A DNA stretch of 64,000 nucleotides from an uncultured Actinomycetes bacterium (GTDB lineage Bacteria; Actinomycetota; Thermoleophilia; Gaiellales; JAICJC01): NCBI GenBank assembly GCA_963825325.1, contig CAWGSU010000006.1, positions 231,978 to 295,977 of the forward strand, in the 5' to 3' direction. Position numbers and translations under genes: made by a program. The notes beneath the pieces were generated by a model. The model did not search any database, was not told the DNA's origin, and saw only the letters and a program-made list of their open reading frames with translations. Of this stretch, positions 28,632-37,880 are shown piece after piece (the stretch's first letter is position 1; the number at the start of each line of letters is the position of its first letter).

Positions 28632-29962
28632 CCCCGGATCGCCCACCCGACCCGGCGACGCTGCGCCGCAGCCGGAGCTACGTCGTGATCCTCGCGCTCG
28701 GAGGGCTGGTCGGGGTGCCGGTGGCGGCGGTCGCGTACTTCTTCCTGAAGCTCGTCAGCGAGACGCAGCACTGGGTGTTCACAACCCTCCCCGGTGAGGT
28801 CGGGTTCACGAGCGTGCCGACATGGTGGCCGATCCTGCCGTTGACCGTGAGCGGCCTCCTGGTCGCGCTCACGCTGCGCCATCTGCCCGGAACCGGTGGA
28901 CACAGGCCCGCCGAGGGCTTTCATACGGGCGGTCCGGTCGACCCGAAGGACCTGCCCGGGATCGCCATCGCCGCCTTCGCAACCCTGAGTCTGGGAGTGG
29001 TTCTCGGACCAGAGGCGCCGCTGATCGCGATCGGCAGCGGGCTCGGCGTGCTGGCGGTGCACCTGCTCAAGCGCGACGCGCCGAAGACGGCCACGATGGT
29101 GATCGGCGCAGCGGGCAGCTTCGCGGCCATCAGCACCCTCCTCGGCTCGCCGCTCGTCGGCGCATTCCTGCTGATGGAGGCAAGCGGCCTCGGCGGGCCG
29201 ATGCTCGGCGTCGTGCTCCTGCCGGGGCTGCTCGCGGCTGGGATCGGCTCTCTGATCTTCGTCGGCCTCGACAACTGGACCGGCTACGGCACGTTCTCGC
29301 TCGCAATCCCGAACATCCCGGCGTTCACCACGCCGACCCTCGCCGAGTTCCTGTGGGCGATCGCGATCGGCGTCGCGGCGGCGGTGCTCGGGTCGGCCAT
29401 CCGCCGGGGCGCGCTCGCGCTGCAGCCGGTGGTCGAGCCCCGCCAGGTGCAGCTGATGCCGGTTGTCGGGCTCGCGATCGGCGTCTTGGCCGTCGTCTTC
29501 GCCGAGCTGACCGATCACCCGGGATCCGAGGTGCTCTTCTCGGGTCAGGACGCGCTTCCCGGCCTGATCGAGGGCGCGGCCGGCTGGACGGCCGGCGCGC
29601 TCATCCTGCTCCTCATCTGCAAGTCGCTCGCCTACGGCCTCGCGCTCTCGAGCTTCCGCGGCGGCCCGGTGTTCCCCGGGATGTTCATCGGCGCGGTCGG
29701 CGGGATCGCGCTCTCGCACCTGCCCGGCCTGCCGATGATCGCCGGTGCCGGTATGGGCATCGGCGCCATGACCGCCGTCATGCTCGACCTGCCGTTGACG
29801 GCGCTGCTGCTCGCCTCGATCTTCCTGAGCGCCGACGGCCTCGCGCTGACGCCGCTGATCATCGTCGCGGTGGTCGTCGCGTATGTCGCCTCTGCCCGGC
29901 TTGCGCCTGCTCCCGTCACGCCCCCGGCCGACGAGCCGGCGGCGCCGCCGGCTCCGGCGTAG
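28628..29962 (+). CDS. ClC-family chloride/fluoride channel or antiporter
   Basis: LGPEAPL, FRGGPVFP, many TMs; start unclear (in-frame CTG 28628 or GTG 28685). Confidence 0.85.
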   Translation: MTPDRPPDPATLRRSRSYVVILALGGLVGVPVAAVAYFFLKLVSETQHWVFTTLPGEVGFTSVPTWWPILPLTVSGLLVALTLRHLPGTGGHRPAEGFHTGGPVDPKDLPGIAIAAFATLSLGVVLGPEAPLIAIGSGLGVLAVHLLKRDAPKTATMVIGAAGSFAAISTLLGSPLVGAFLLMEASGLGGPMLGVVLLPGLLAAGIGSLIFVGLDNWTGYGTFSLAIPNIPAFTTPTLAEFLWAIAIGVAAAVLGSAIRRGALALQPVVEPRQVQLMPVVGLAIGVLAVVFAELTDHPGSEVLFSGQDALPGLIEGAAGWTAGALILLLICKSLAYGLALSSFRGGPVFPGMFIGAVGGIALSHLPGLPMIAGAGMGIGAMTAVMLDLPLTALLLASIFLSADGLALTPLIIVAVVVAYVASARLAPAPVTPPADEPAAPPAPA

Positions 29963-30029
29963 CCTCTCCGCCCGAGCGCCGCGCCGCCGGCCGCGGTCAC
30001 GCCGCGGCCGGCTGCCTATAATCGCCGCG

Positions 30030-30461
30030 ATGCTCACAGACGGTGACGGCCGGGCCCACGTCCTCGAGTACCTGGGACAGCGCGAAGCGAGCGGCGGGCT
30101 CGACCTCGTGTTCACGGTCGTGCCCGAGACGGGCGACCAGCGCTTCTGGCAGTGCGTGCAGAACGAGCTGGGACGGCGCGGGCTCGCGAACGCCGAGTGC
30201 TTCGGCGACGGCACGATGCACCAGATCACCCTCACCGTCGAGCCGTCGGCCTACGCGGCCTCCGTCGACGCGCTCGACGGCGCGATCACCGACGCGAGCA
30301 GGGACTACCTCGAGCGGGTGCTGCCGGCGCACCGGGCCGCGCTCGCCGAGGCGGCCGAGCGCAAGGCCCGCGCAGCCCGCGAGGCGGAGATGATCGACAA
30401 CGCCCTGCGGTCGCGGTTCCCGGGCGGGCGCGCCGTCCCGGGAACTCCGGGGGACATCTGA
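30030..30461 (+). CDS. hypothetical protein (leaderless)
   Basis: TATAAT at 30017-30022, 7 nt before ATG; GC3-rich codons. Confidence 0.7.
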   Translation: MLTDGDGRAHVLEYLGQREASGGLDLVFTVVPETGDQRFWQCVQNELGRRGLANAECFGDGTMHQITLTVEPSAYAASVDALDGAITDASRDYLERVLPAHRAALAEAAERKARAAREAEMIDNALRSRFPGGRAVPGTPGDI

Positions 30462-30474
30462 GCGTCCCACCTCG

Positions 30475-30933
30475 GTGCAGCTTGCGCACCCGGATAGCTC
30501 TCCGTACGCGACGGGCCGCAGGCGCATCGCCGCGGCTGCATGTGCCGGGGTGCTTGCGGCCGCCGCGGGCGCCCTGTGGCTCACGTCGCGGTCGGTGCCC
30601 GCCCCGTCGGGCGCGTCCGCAACGGCCGTCGCGATCACCGGTGACGTTGTCGTCAGCGGCGGCGCAACCGTCGTCCGCTCAGCGGCACCGACACACCCGA
30701 TCCGCTCCGCGCCGATGCTCGTGCGCGGCGTCACCGGCTCGGGCCGGCGGGTCGTCCGCCGCTTCACCGCCGGCCGCGACGGCCGGTTCACGCTCGTCCG
30801 CCCACCCGGCGCCTACACGTTCACCGCGGTGGTCTACCAGGGGGCGATCCCGCTCTCGCAGGAGCCCCACCAAACGGCTCGCGTCCGTTCGGGACAGCAC
30901 CCGCACATCCACATCGAAGAGGTCGTCGTCTGA
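30475..30933 (+). CDS. hypothetical secreted/anchored beta-sandwich protein
   Basis: N-terminal hydrophobic helix; DGRFTL..PPGAYT prealbumin-like pattern. Confidence 0.55.
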   Translation: MQLAHPDSSPYATGRRRIAAAACAGVLAAAAGALWLTSRSVPAPSGASATAVAITGDVVVSGGATVVRSAAPTHPIRSAPMLVRGVTGSGRRVVRRFTAGRDGRFTLVRPPGAYTFTAVVYQGAIPLSQEPHQTARVRSGQHPHIHIEEVVV

Positions 30934-31515
30934 TCAGCTGCTGGGGACGCTGACCGTCGAGACGATCGTCGTCGTCACGGTCTGGGTGTGGATGATCGTC
31001 TGGGTGCGGAACACCGTCGTCGGCACCGGCACGGGCTGTGTGCGGGTGCGCACCTGCGTCTGCGTCTGGGTCAGGTCGACCACCTTGCGGGGCTGCTTGA
31101 TCGTCTTGCCGTGCCGGGTGACGGTCTTCGCCGGCACGATCACCTTCACCGGCTTGCCCTTCAGGGTGAGCACCTTGCCCTTGAGCGTCACCGTGGTTAT
31201 GAGGCTCGCCGCGCTCGGATCGGAGCCGAGCATGTTGCCGAAGTAGAGGCCGCCGCCGAACAGGAGCGCGATCACGGCGATGCCGGGCACGAGCATGTGC
31301 GCCGGGACGTCCAGCTCGGGCATGCGCAGCCGGCCGAGGGCGGGGATGACGAGCCATCGCGGCCGCGTCCACTCGCGGTCGCGCAGCCGCTCCATGTCGG
31401 GGCCGTGCAGCCGGCGGGGCCGCTTCGGGCGATCCCAGCGGTCACGCAGGCGGTCGAGGTCGGGCTTCCGCGGACGCCATCCGTCCGGGATCCTGAACCG
31501 TCTCATGTCCGGCAT
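30934..31515 (-). CDS. hypothetical single-TM protein with Arg-rich repeats and Thr/Val-rich tail
   Basis: SD GAGGG; PDLDRLRDRW/PDMERLRDREW repeats; TM; T/V-rich C-terminus. Confidence 0.65.
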   Translation of the reverse strand: MPDMRRFRIPDGWRPRKPDLDRLRDRWDRPKRPRRLHGPDMERLRDREWTRPRWLVIPALGRLRMPELDVPAHMLVPGIAVIALLFGGGLYFGNMLGSDPSAASLITTVTLKGKVLTLKGKPVKVIVPAKTVTRHGKTIKQPRKVVDLTQTQTQVRTRTQPVPVPTTVFRTQTIIHTQTVTTTIVSTVSVPSS

Positions 31516-31640
31516 CGGTGTTCCCTCACAGTTGCTCCTTCGCGTGGTGCCCACACGCGGCCCGAGCCTCCCTGGGTGGATGGCCCGCTGCCCGACGGAA
31601 TCCTACCGCGATCCCGCCGAGATCGGAACCCCTCTGCGCC

Positions 31641-32255
31641 CTATGCCGTTGCGGCCGGGCTGACGCCGGCGTCGCGCCGCCACGAGAACGCCTGTCCCAG
31701 CACGCGCGGCGTCGCAACGGTGCCGCCCAGCCCGAGCCCGGCCTCGGCCAGCACCCGCACGCTCGTCCCCGGCGCGGTGAGGACGATGACCACGTCGTCG
31801 TCTCCCAGCGCGATCTCGTGGCAGCGCACATCGTCGCGGTCGAGCTCCGCCGGAACGCCGCGTCCCAGAATCTGCTCGAGCTCGGCCCGGCGACCGGAGC
31901 GGATGCGCGCGGCGATCGCGACGGTGCACACCTGCGCGGAGGCGGCCGGCCGCCCTCCCGCGAGCGGCCCGGCGAGGGCGTCGGCCAGGTGGTGCGCGGC
32001 CCCCCAACCTCCCATCAGCAGCTCGATCACCACCGGGCGGCCGTCGTGCACCGCCGACAGCGAGGGCAGCGCGGATGACCGGCGCAGCTCCACGCGCTCG
32101 ACCGCGCCGCCGTCGAGCGCCAGGTGCTCCTCGGCGTGCTGGGTGCCCCCCTCACGGCCGACGAGCATCAGCCCGTCGTCGGCGACGGTCGCCGAGCCCA
32201 CGAGCCGGGGGCCGGCCTCGCGCTGCCACGCGACCGGATAGCTCACCGGCGGCAT
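31641..32255 (-). CDS. hypothetical protein
   Basis: MPPVSYPVAW... GC3-rich frame; the true start may be the out-of-frame ATG 32302 with GAGGAG. Confidence 0.6.
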   Translation of the reverse strand: MPPVSYPVAWQREAGPRLVGSATVADDGLMLVGREGGTQHAEEHLALDGGAVERVELRRSSALPSLSAVHDGRPVVIELLMGGWGAAHHLADALAGPLAGGRPAASAQVCTVAIAARIRSGRRAELEQILGRGVPAELDRDDVRCHEIALGDDDVVIVLTAPGTSVRVLAEAGLGLGGTVATPRVLGQAFSWRRDAGVSPAATA

Positions 32256-32436
32256 GACGGCCCTGGTCGAACGATGCTCCGGGTTGCGATGCGGGTGCCC
32301 ATCAGCTCCTCGTGGCCTGCGGTCGAGATCCTCCTTAGGATCGGCAATCGCGCAGCCGCCGCCATCGGTGCACGCGCGGATCCGGGCCGGGGAAACTACG
32401 GAACCGGCCGGCGGGCGGCGGGCTACGATCAGCGCC

Positions 32437-33036
32437 GTGGACACCTTCGCCGACCTGCGCCCGCAGCTGAGCGGCCGTGTCGTCGCCCTCGAGCCGTTGC
32501 GCGCCGACCACGAGCCGGGGCTCCGGGCCGCCGCCGCAGACGACCGCGTGTGGCGCTTCATGCGCACGGTCGCCACGCAGCCCGACGCCTTCCACGAGTG
32601 GTTCGGTGAGGCTCTGGCAGCCGCAGACGCCGGGCTCGAGGCGCCGTTCTGCATCGTCCGCCGCAACGACGACCGTGCGATCGGCAGCAGCCGCTACCTG
32701 GCACTCCGGCCCGCCGACCGCGTCCTCGAGATCGGGTACAGCTGGGTGACCCCGGCGGCCTGGGGCAGCGGCGCGAACACCGACGCGAAGCTGCTGCTGC
32801 TCACCCACGCGTTCGAGCGGCTCGGCTGCCTGCGGGTCGAGTTCAAGACCGACGCCCGCAACGAGCGCTCGCGGGCGGCGCTGGCCGCGATCCCGGCCAC
32901 GTTCGAGGGCGTGTTCCGCAAGCACATGCTGGTGCGGGGCGGCCAACGGCGCGACTCGGCCTGGTACAGCGTGATCGACGACGACTGGCCGGCCGTCAAG
33001 GCCGTGCTCGCGGCGCGGGTGGAGGCGAAGGCATGA
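32437..33036 (+). CDS. GNAT N-acetyltransferase (RimJ/RimL family)
   Basis: LEIGYSW, WGSGANTDAK, RVEFKTDARNERS, RDSAWYS. Confidence 0.92.
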   Translation: MDTFADLRPQLSGRVVALEPLRADHEPGLRAAAADDRVWRFMRTVATQPDAFHEWFGEALAAADAGLEAPFCIVRRNDDRAIGSSRYLALRPADRVLEIGYSWVTPAAWGSGANTDAKLLLLTHAFERLGCLRVEFKTDARNERSRAALAAIPATFEGVFRKHMLVRGGQRRDSAWYSVIDDDWPAVKAVLAARVEAKA

Positions 33037-33431
33037 CCGAGCGCCGCCACCATTCCAGCAACACCGAGTTCGAGGCCCGGATCGGCTATGACCGGGCGGT
33101 GCGCGTCGGCGATGTCGTGCACGTCTCCGGGACGCTCGGCATCGGGCCCGATGGGCATCCGCCCGAGGGCGCCTACGCCCAGGCGGTCGCCTCGCTGCGC
33201 CGGATCCAGGCCGCGCTCGAGGCGCTCGACGCATCGCTCGCCGACGTCGTGCGCACACGCATGTACGTCGTCGACGTCGAGCGGCACCAGTTCGACGTCG
33301 GCCGGGCGCATGGCGAGTTCTTCGCAGACGTCCGCCCCGCCTCGACGATGATCGGGATCGCCGGGCTCGTCGGCCCGGAGTTCCTGGTCGAGATCGAGGT
33401 CGAGGCGATCGTCTCGTCGGACCCGGCATAA
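33033..33431 (+). CDS. RidA/YjgF-family protein
   Basis: IGYDRAVRVG, DVVRTRMY, RPASTM, LVEIEVEA. Confidence 0.92.
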   Translation: MTERRHHSSNTEFEARIGYDRAVRVGDVVHVSGTLGIGPDGHPPEGAYAQAVASLRRIQAALEALDASLADVVRTRMYVVDVERHQFDVGRAHGEFFADVRPASTMIGIAGLVGPEFLVEIEVEAIVSSDPA

Positions 33432-33460
33432 CCGCCTTGCTACACTTGCCGCCGGTCCCT

Positions 33461-33533
33461 GCCGCATTCGTCTAGGGGCCTAGGACGCCGCCCTCTCACG
33501 GCGGTAACACCGGTTCGAATCCGGTATGCGGTA
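33461..33533 (+). tRNA. tRNA-Glu (anticodon CTC)
   Basis: Acceptor GCCGCAT/ATGCGGT, anticodon arm CCGCC-CTCTCAC-GGCGG, TTCGAAT; TGcTACACT promoter upstream. Confidence 0.96.
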
Positions 33534-33540
33534 CTCCCGA

Positions 33541-33565
33541 GAACCCCAGGAGCCTCCTGGGGTTC
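33541..33565. terminator. terminator hairpin after tRNA-Glu
   Basis: GAACCCCAGGAG...CTCCTGGGGTTC inverted repeat followed by a T-rich tract. Confidence 0.7.
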
Positions 33566-33610
33566 TGGGTGTTTTGCACGCCATCAACGTCGATGGCGAT
33601 CGCGCAAGAG

Positions 33611-35056
33611 CTAGCTTCGGCTGCGGGCGCCAACCTGGTCGAAGTGGTGCTCGTCGACGGCGGCGTGAGGGATGGAGAATCGGATCTGCGTGCCCTGCTC
33701 GGGGGCCGTTTCGATGTCGAGGCTTCCGCCGGCGACGGAGACGCGTTCCCGCATCGACGCGAGGCCGATATGCAGCCGCATCAGGTTACGGTCATCTGCC
33801 GCGGCCATGTCGAACCCGACCCCGTCGTCCTTGACGTCGCACGTGACGGCGTCTGCGTCGTCGGTGATGATGACGGTCACCTGATGGGCGTGGGCGTGCG
33901 TTCGGATGTTCGCGATCGCTTCCTGGAGTATGCGGTAGGCGAGTTGCTCCAACTGCCGGTGACGACGCGCATCCCCCTCGACGGCGAACTCGAACCCGGC
34001 GGTCTTGCTCGCGTCCTGGAGAAGGCCGATGACGGCGGCGCGCAAGCCCTGCGCGTCGAGCGCTTCTGGGCGGAGGCTGAACATGATGTGACGGGCGCGC
34101 TCGGTCGCCTCCAGCAGTGCTGACTCGGCGTTGATTGCGGCCGCCTGTACCTTGTCCAAGTCGCCGCGCACGATCGCCGCCCGCATCCGTTGCAGGCTGA
34201 GGGTGGTCGCCACCAGCACCTGGATCGTGTCGTCGTGCAGGTCTGACGCCAGGCGCGCGTTCGCGTTCTCCTCGGCGTTCAGAAGCGCGCCGAGGACGTA
34301 CCGGCGCTGGTCTTCCAGCGCGTTCATCGCCGTCACGCGGTTGGCACGGTCGAAGGCGACGCCGATCTGGCGGCCAATGTCAGCCAGCTGCTCCATCAAC
34401 CCGTCGTCTGACCACAGCCTGTCAGAGCCAAAGCACTCCAGCACACCGATCGTCCCGCCCAAGCTGACGACGGGGACAAAGAGGACGCTTCGCAGACCCA
34501 GGCTCTCCAGCAGATCGCCGCGCCGGAACCGGTCGTGGTGCTCGTGAATGTTCGGGATGACTACCGGCTGGCCGGACTGCCACACCTCCCCGAGCATGCC
34601 CTGCCCGGCAACGAACTCGATCGTGCGGCTCTGCGAGATGAACTCGCGCGCGTCGACCACGGGAGATCGCCACACGCCCGCGAGCCGCAGCCGCTGATCG
34701 GCGGCATCCACACGCCAAGCCGCACCGAGCGGAAACCCGAACGTTTGACACACCGCTTCCAGAATCCGGTCCGCGGTCTCCTCGAGCGTGCCCGCTTCGG
34801 CGAGCGCGCGGGCGGCGGCGCTCTGCAGCTTGACTCGCATCCGCGCACGGTCGCGCTCGTCTGCAAGCATCGACTCCCTGGCCGCGAGGATGGCCGAGGC
34901 GACGATCGCCGCACACGCCCACGCGGCAGCCATCACCCAAAACCAGCGGCCCGGGTTGGTGAACCCACCGACCAAGAGGGCCACGGCTCCTGCGACCGCG
35001 AACGCGATGATCGGCATCGCGGGAGCAAAGCTCCGCGGCAGATGCCGAGGTACCAC
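33611..35056 (-). CDS. membrane GAF-domain sensor histidine kinase (HisKA_3/NarX-like)
   Basis: Two TMs, GAF (GQGMLGEVW), LHDDTIQ, EAIANI, DDGVGF, GLASMRER; start may be 35017. Confidence 0.92.
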   Translation of the reverse strand: MVPRHLPRSFAPAMPIIAFAVAGAVALLVGGFTNPGRWFWVMAAAWACAAIVASAILAARESMLADERDRARMRVKLQSAAARALAEAGTLEETADRILEAVCQTFGFPLGAAWRVDAADQRLRLAGVWRSPVVDAREFISQSRTIEFVAGQGMLGEVWQSGQPVVIPNIHEHHDRFRRGDLLESLGLRSVLFVPVVSLGGTIGVLECFGSDRLWSDDGLMEQLADIGRQIGVAFDRANRVTAMNALEDQRRYVLGALLNAEENANARLASDLHDDTIQVLVATTLSLQRMRAAIVRGDLDKVQAAAINAESALLEATERARHIMFSLRPEALDAQGLRAAVIGLLQDASKTAGFEFAVEGDARRHRQLEQLAYRILQEAIANIRTHAHAHQVTVIITDDADAVTCDVKDDGVGFDMAAADDRNLMRLHIGLASMRERVSVAGGSLDIETAPEQGTQIRFSIPHAAVDEHHFDQVGARSRS

Positions 35057-35349
35057 TCGATCACCCTAGCACCGACGATAACAACGTCACCTCGCAGATC
35101 GGCCGCGATGGCTCTCCTTCGATCGGGCGAACGCTGGGATCGCGCGATCACCGGCGAGAACGGCGTCCAAGACGCCGACCCCGCTCCCGCCTAGGATCAG
35201 CCGTCGACCGGGAGTCGACGAGCGCGAGCGACCGCTACGCACCGCGCCGCGCGGGCCGTTTGCCGAAACGGGGGCCGTATTCGTGGCGATGGCTACACTC
35301 ACAGCCAGACCCCTGCGCATGGCGCGAGGCTCTGACGAAGGGCGGCTCT

Positions 35350-35520
35350 ATGAAGCCGACCACCTGGTACGTCGTCGTCCCGTCTACCCACGAGACCCAC
35401 GGACTTTCGACGCTCGGCCCCTACCCCACTCGCGACGTGGCAGAGGGCCACGCTCGCGACGCGAGGGCTGTTCACTACCAGATCCTCGAGTGGCCCGCGA
35501 CCAAGGCAGGACGGCCATGA
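35350..35520 (+). CDS. small hypothetical protein
   Basis: SD-like AAGGG; MKPTTWYVVV...LGPYPTRDVAE; ATGA-coupled to the next ORF. Confidence 0.5.
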   Translation: MKPTTWYVVVPSTHETHGLSTLGPYPTRDVAEGHARDARAVHYQILEWPATKAGRP

Positions 35521-35777
35521 GCGGCCGCCTCACCTACGTCCAAGTCCGCTACCGCCGGGGGGAGCGATGGGTGACCGTCACGGCATCGGAGGATCGTGTG
35601 ACCGCGCGAGCCGCTGCTGCCAACGCCTACCACGGCCTACGCGACTCGCAGGATGAGTCGCCGACCCAAGTCCGGCTCGTGACTGCCGCCCAACTCACCC
35701 GTGAAGCGGGCGACCACGGCGTCCGCATCGCCGACGCCGCCGTCGCCCGGCATGCCGGTCGCAACATCCAGCCCTAG
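35517..35777 (+). CDS. small hypothetical protein
   Basis: SD AGGA, ATGA overlap; MSGRLTYVQVRYRRGERW. Confidence 0.55.
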   Translation: MSGRLTYVQVRYRRGERWVTVTASEDRVTARAAAANAYHGLRDSQDESPTQVRLVTAAQLTREAGDHGVRIADAAVARHAGRNIQP

Positions 35778-35893
35778 CAGGATCGGGCCGCGATTGGCCC
35801 GAGCGGGCCTCGCCGCTCGACGATTGCGGTATCGCTCGAGAGCCTCCGGGAAACCGGGGGCTCTCCGCGTTCACGGGAGCGTGCCGGCCGGTA

Positions 35894-36316
35894 TCAGTGG
35901 CCGCGGACGGCGCGCGGCACGATCCGGACCGGCACCGAGTAGTCGGCGGCGAACGACTCCGGCGTCCACCCGTTGCCCGCGATCATGTCGGCGTACTTCG
36001 CGACGTAGGCGGGCGCCAGATGGGCGGGCGGATCGTCGCTTCGGCGGGCGCGCCCCGAGACGGTGATCACGTCGCCGCCGCGGCCGTCGTCGTTCAGGTG
36101 CAGCGCCACCCGCGGATTCGCGGCGATGTTGCGCAGCTTGGGCGTGTCCGGGCGGCTGTAGACCAGGAACGAGTCATCGTCGAGCAGGAACCAGACCGGG
36201 ACCGGCGCGGGCGCGCCGGCACCGTTCACCGTTACCAGCCAGCCGATGAGGTCACGCGCGAGACGGTGCGCAGCTCGTGCTCCGAACGGAGTCGCCGGAT
36301 CGAGCGGGAGCGCCAT
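35894..36316 (-). CDS. PPOX-class F420-dependent oxidoreductase
   Basis: IGWLVTV, PVPVWF, PKLRNIAANPRV, YSVPVRI. Confidence 0.9.
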   Translation of the reverse strand: MALPLDPATPFGARAAHRLARDLIGWLVTVNGAGAPAPVPVWFLLDDDSFLVYSRPDTPKLRNIAANPRVALHLNDDGRGGDVITVSGRARRSDDPPAHLAPAYVAKYADMIAGNGWTPESFAADYSVPVRIVPRAVRGH

Positions 36317-36816
36317 CCACCCATGGTAGCCAGCGCCGCGCCCGAGCCCCGCGGCCGCACCGCGCCGTCGTAGTCGGCTCCGTACCAGCCACCGGAGAGG
36401 CGGTTGACCGACACGACCGTGCCGGTGTGCGGCGCGTGGATGAACCGGTCGCCGCCAATGTACATGCCGACGTGACCCAGGCCGGCGAAGAACACGAGGT
36501 CGCCCGGACGCAGGTCGCGCCGCGGCACTCGCGGCCCGGATGTCCACTGCGCGTAGCTCGAGTGCGCGAGGTGGATCCCGAGCTTGCCGTAGACGTAGCT
36601 CGTGAACCCGGAGCAGTCGAATCCAGCCGGGGTGCTGCCGCTCCAGACGTACGGCACGCCGCGCAGGCGCATCGCATCGCGCACGGCAGCGGCGGCGATT
36701 GTGTTGGCGGCGATCGGGGTACGACCGACGTGCGGCGCAACGTCGATGGCGGTGGCCCGGGCGGTCGCCGGAAGTGACAGGAGCAACATGATTCCGATGG
36801 CAAGTGAGCGTCTCAT
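36232..36816 (-). CDS. secreted NlpC/P60 (C40) peptidase
   Basis: Signal peptide; GVPYVWSG, GFDCSGF, HVGMY, IHAP; 3' tail overlaps the next gene, so the end is uncertain. Confidence 0.88.
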   Translation of the reverse strand: MRRSLAIGIMLLLSLPATARATAIDVAPHVGRTPIAANTIAAAAVRDAMRLRGVPYVWSGSTPAGFDCSGFTSYVYGKLGIHLAHSSYAQWTSGPRVPRRDLRPGDLVFFAGLGHVGMYIGGDRFIHAPHTGTVVSVNRLSGGWYGADYDGAVRPRGSGAALATMGGWRSRSIRRLRSEHELRTVSRVTSSAGW

Positions 36817-36931
36817 TGGCGCCAACCTAGCGGCACCCACCTGCATGAGCAACCCATGCCAACAGAACCCTTACTCCTTGGGGGACCCGCAGTCCCCGGA
36901 ACGCCGTAGTAGCGGCTAGGGTGCCTGAGGT

Positions 36932-37873
36932 ATGCCGATCCGTACCCACCCGCAAGAGGTGAGCGGGACGCCTACGGACGCGGAGCTCGGTGACACGGAG
37001 GTCGTGTCGCCGCCGCAGCCGCAGCGGCGCCTGCGGGCCCGCGACACCGGCGGCGTGCTGCTTCGCGCCGGGCGCCGGGCCCGTGACGATCACGCCACGA
37101 ACCTGGCCCAGGCGGTCGCCTTCAACCTGTTCCTGAGCATCCCGGCCGCCGCGCTCGTCGCGGTGGGCGTGTTCGCGAGCGTCGCCAACGAGGGCACCGC
37201 CGGGCGCCTGTTGAAGCACCTCGACACGATCCTGCCGGCGAGCGTGATCACGCTCCTCAACCACAGCCTGACGCAGGTCGCACACCACCACGCCGGCGGG
37301 ACGGCCATGATCGTCGTCGGCGCCGTGGTCGCGGTGTGGTCGCTGACCGGGGCGATGAAGACGCTCATGTGGGCGCTCAACATCGCGTTTGACCGCACCG
37401 AACGGCGCAGCTTCGTGCGCACCAGGCTGGCCGCGATCGCCATGCTCATCTGCGTGGTCCTCGCGTTCCTGCTCGCGTTCGGCTTGCTCGTGCTCGGACC
37501 GCAGGCGAGCGGATGGGTGGGATCGGCGCTCAACCAGCGCACGATCGTCTCGTGGGTGTGGTGGGTGGCCGAGTGGCCCGTGCTCGTGGCGGCGCTCCTG
37601 ATCGCCTTCGCCGGCATCTACCGCTTCGGACCGGATTTCGACCGCCCGAGCTGGCGCCTGGTGTCCCCCGGGGCCGTGACCGCGCTCGTCGTTTGGCTGG
37701 CCGCGTCGGGCGGGTTTGCGTGGTACGTCTCGAACTTCGGCTCCTACAACAAGACGTGGGGCTCGCTCGCCACGGTCATCGTGATGCTGACCTGGCTGTG
37801 GCTCTCGAGCCTCGCCCTGCTCGTCGGCGCCGCAATCGACGCCGAGATCGTCCGCACCCGCGGGCGGGCCTGA
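36932..37873 (+). CDS. YihY/BrkB family membrane protein
   Basis: AVAFNLFLSIP, ALNIAF, YNKTWGSLATVIVMLTWLW. Confidence 0.92.
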   Translation: MPIRTHPQEVSGTPTDAELGDTEVVSPPQPQRRLRARDTGGVLLRAGRRARDDHATNLAQAVAFNLFLSIPAAALVAVGVFASVANEGTAGRLLKHLDTILPASVITLLNHSLTQVAHHHAGGTAMIVVGAVVAVWSLTGAMKTLMWALNIAFDRTERRSFVRTRLAAIAMLICVVLAFLLAFGLLVLGPQASGWVGSALNQRTIVSWVWWVAEWPVLVAALLIAFAGIYRFGPDFDRPSWRLVSPGAVTALVVWLAASGGFAWYVSNFGSYNKTWGSLATVIVMLTWLWLSSLALLVGAAIDAEIVRTRGRA

Positions 37874-37880
37874 GACCGCG

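Noticed and set aside
35825-35831. TGCGGTA as an attR copy of the tRNA-Glu 3' end
   Set aside because: Seven nucleotides is expected by chance, and there is no integrase.
36817-36931. c-di-AMP riboswitch upstream of the NlpC/P60 gene
   Set aside because: The region is too short and lacks the conserved motifs.
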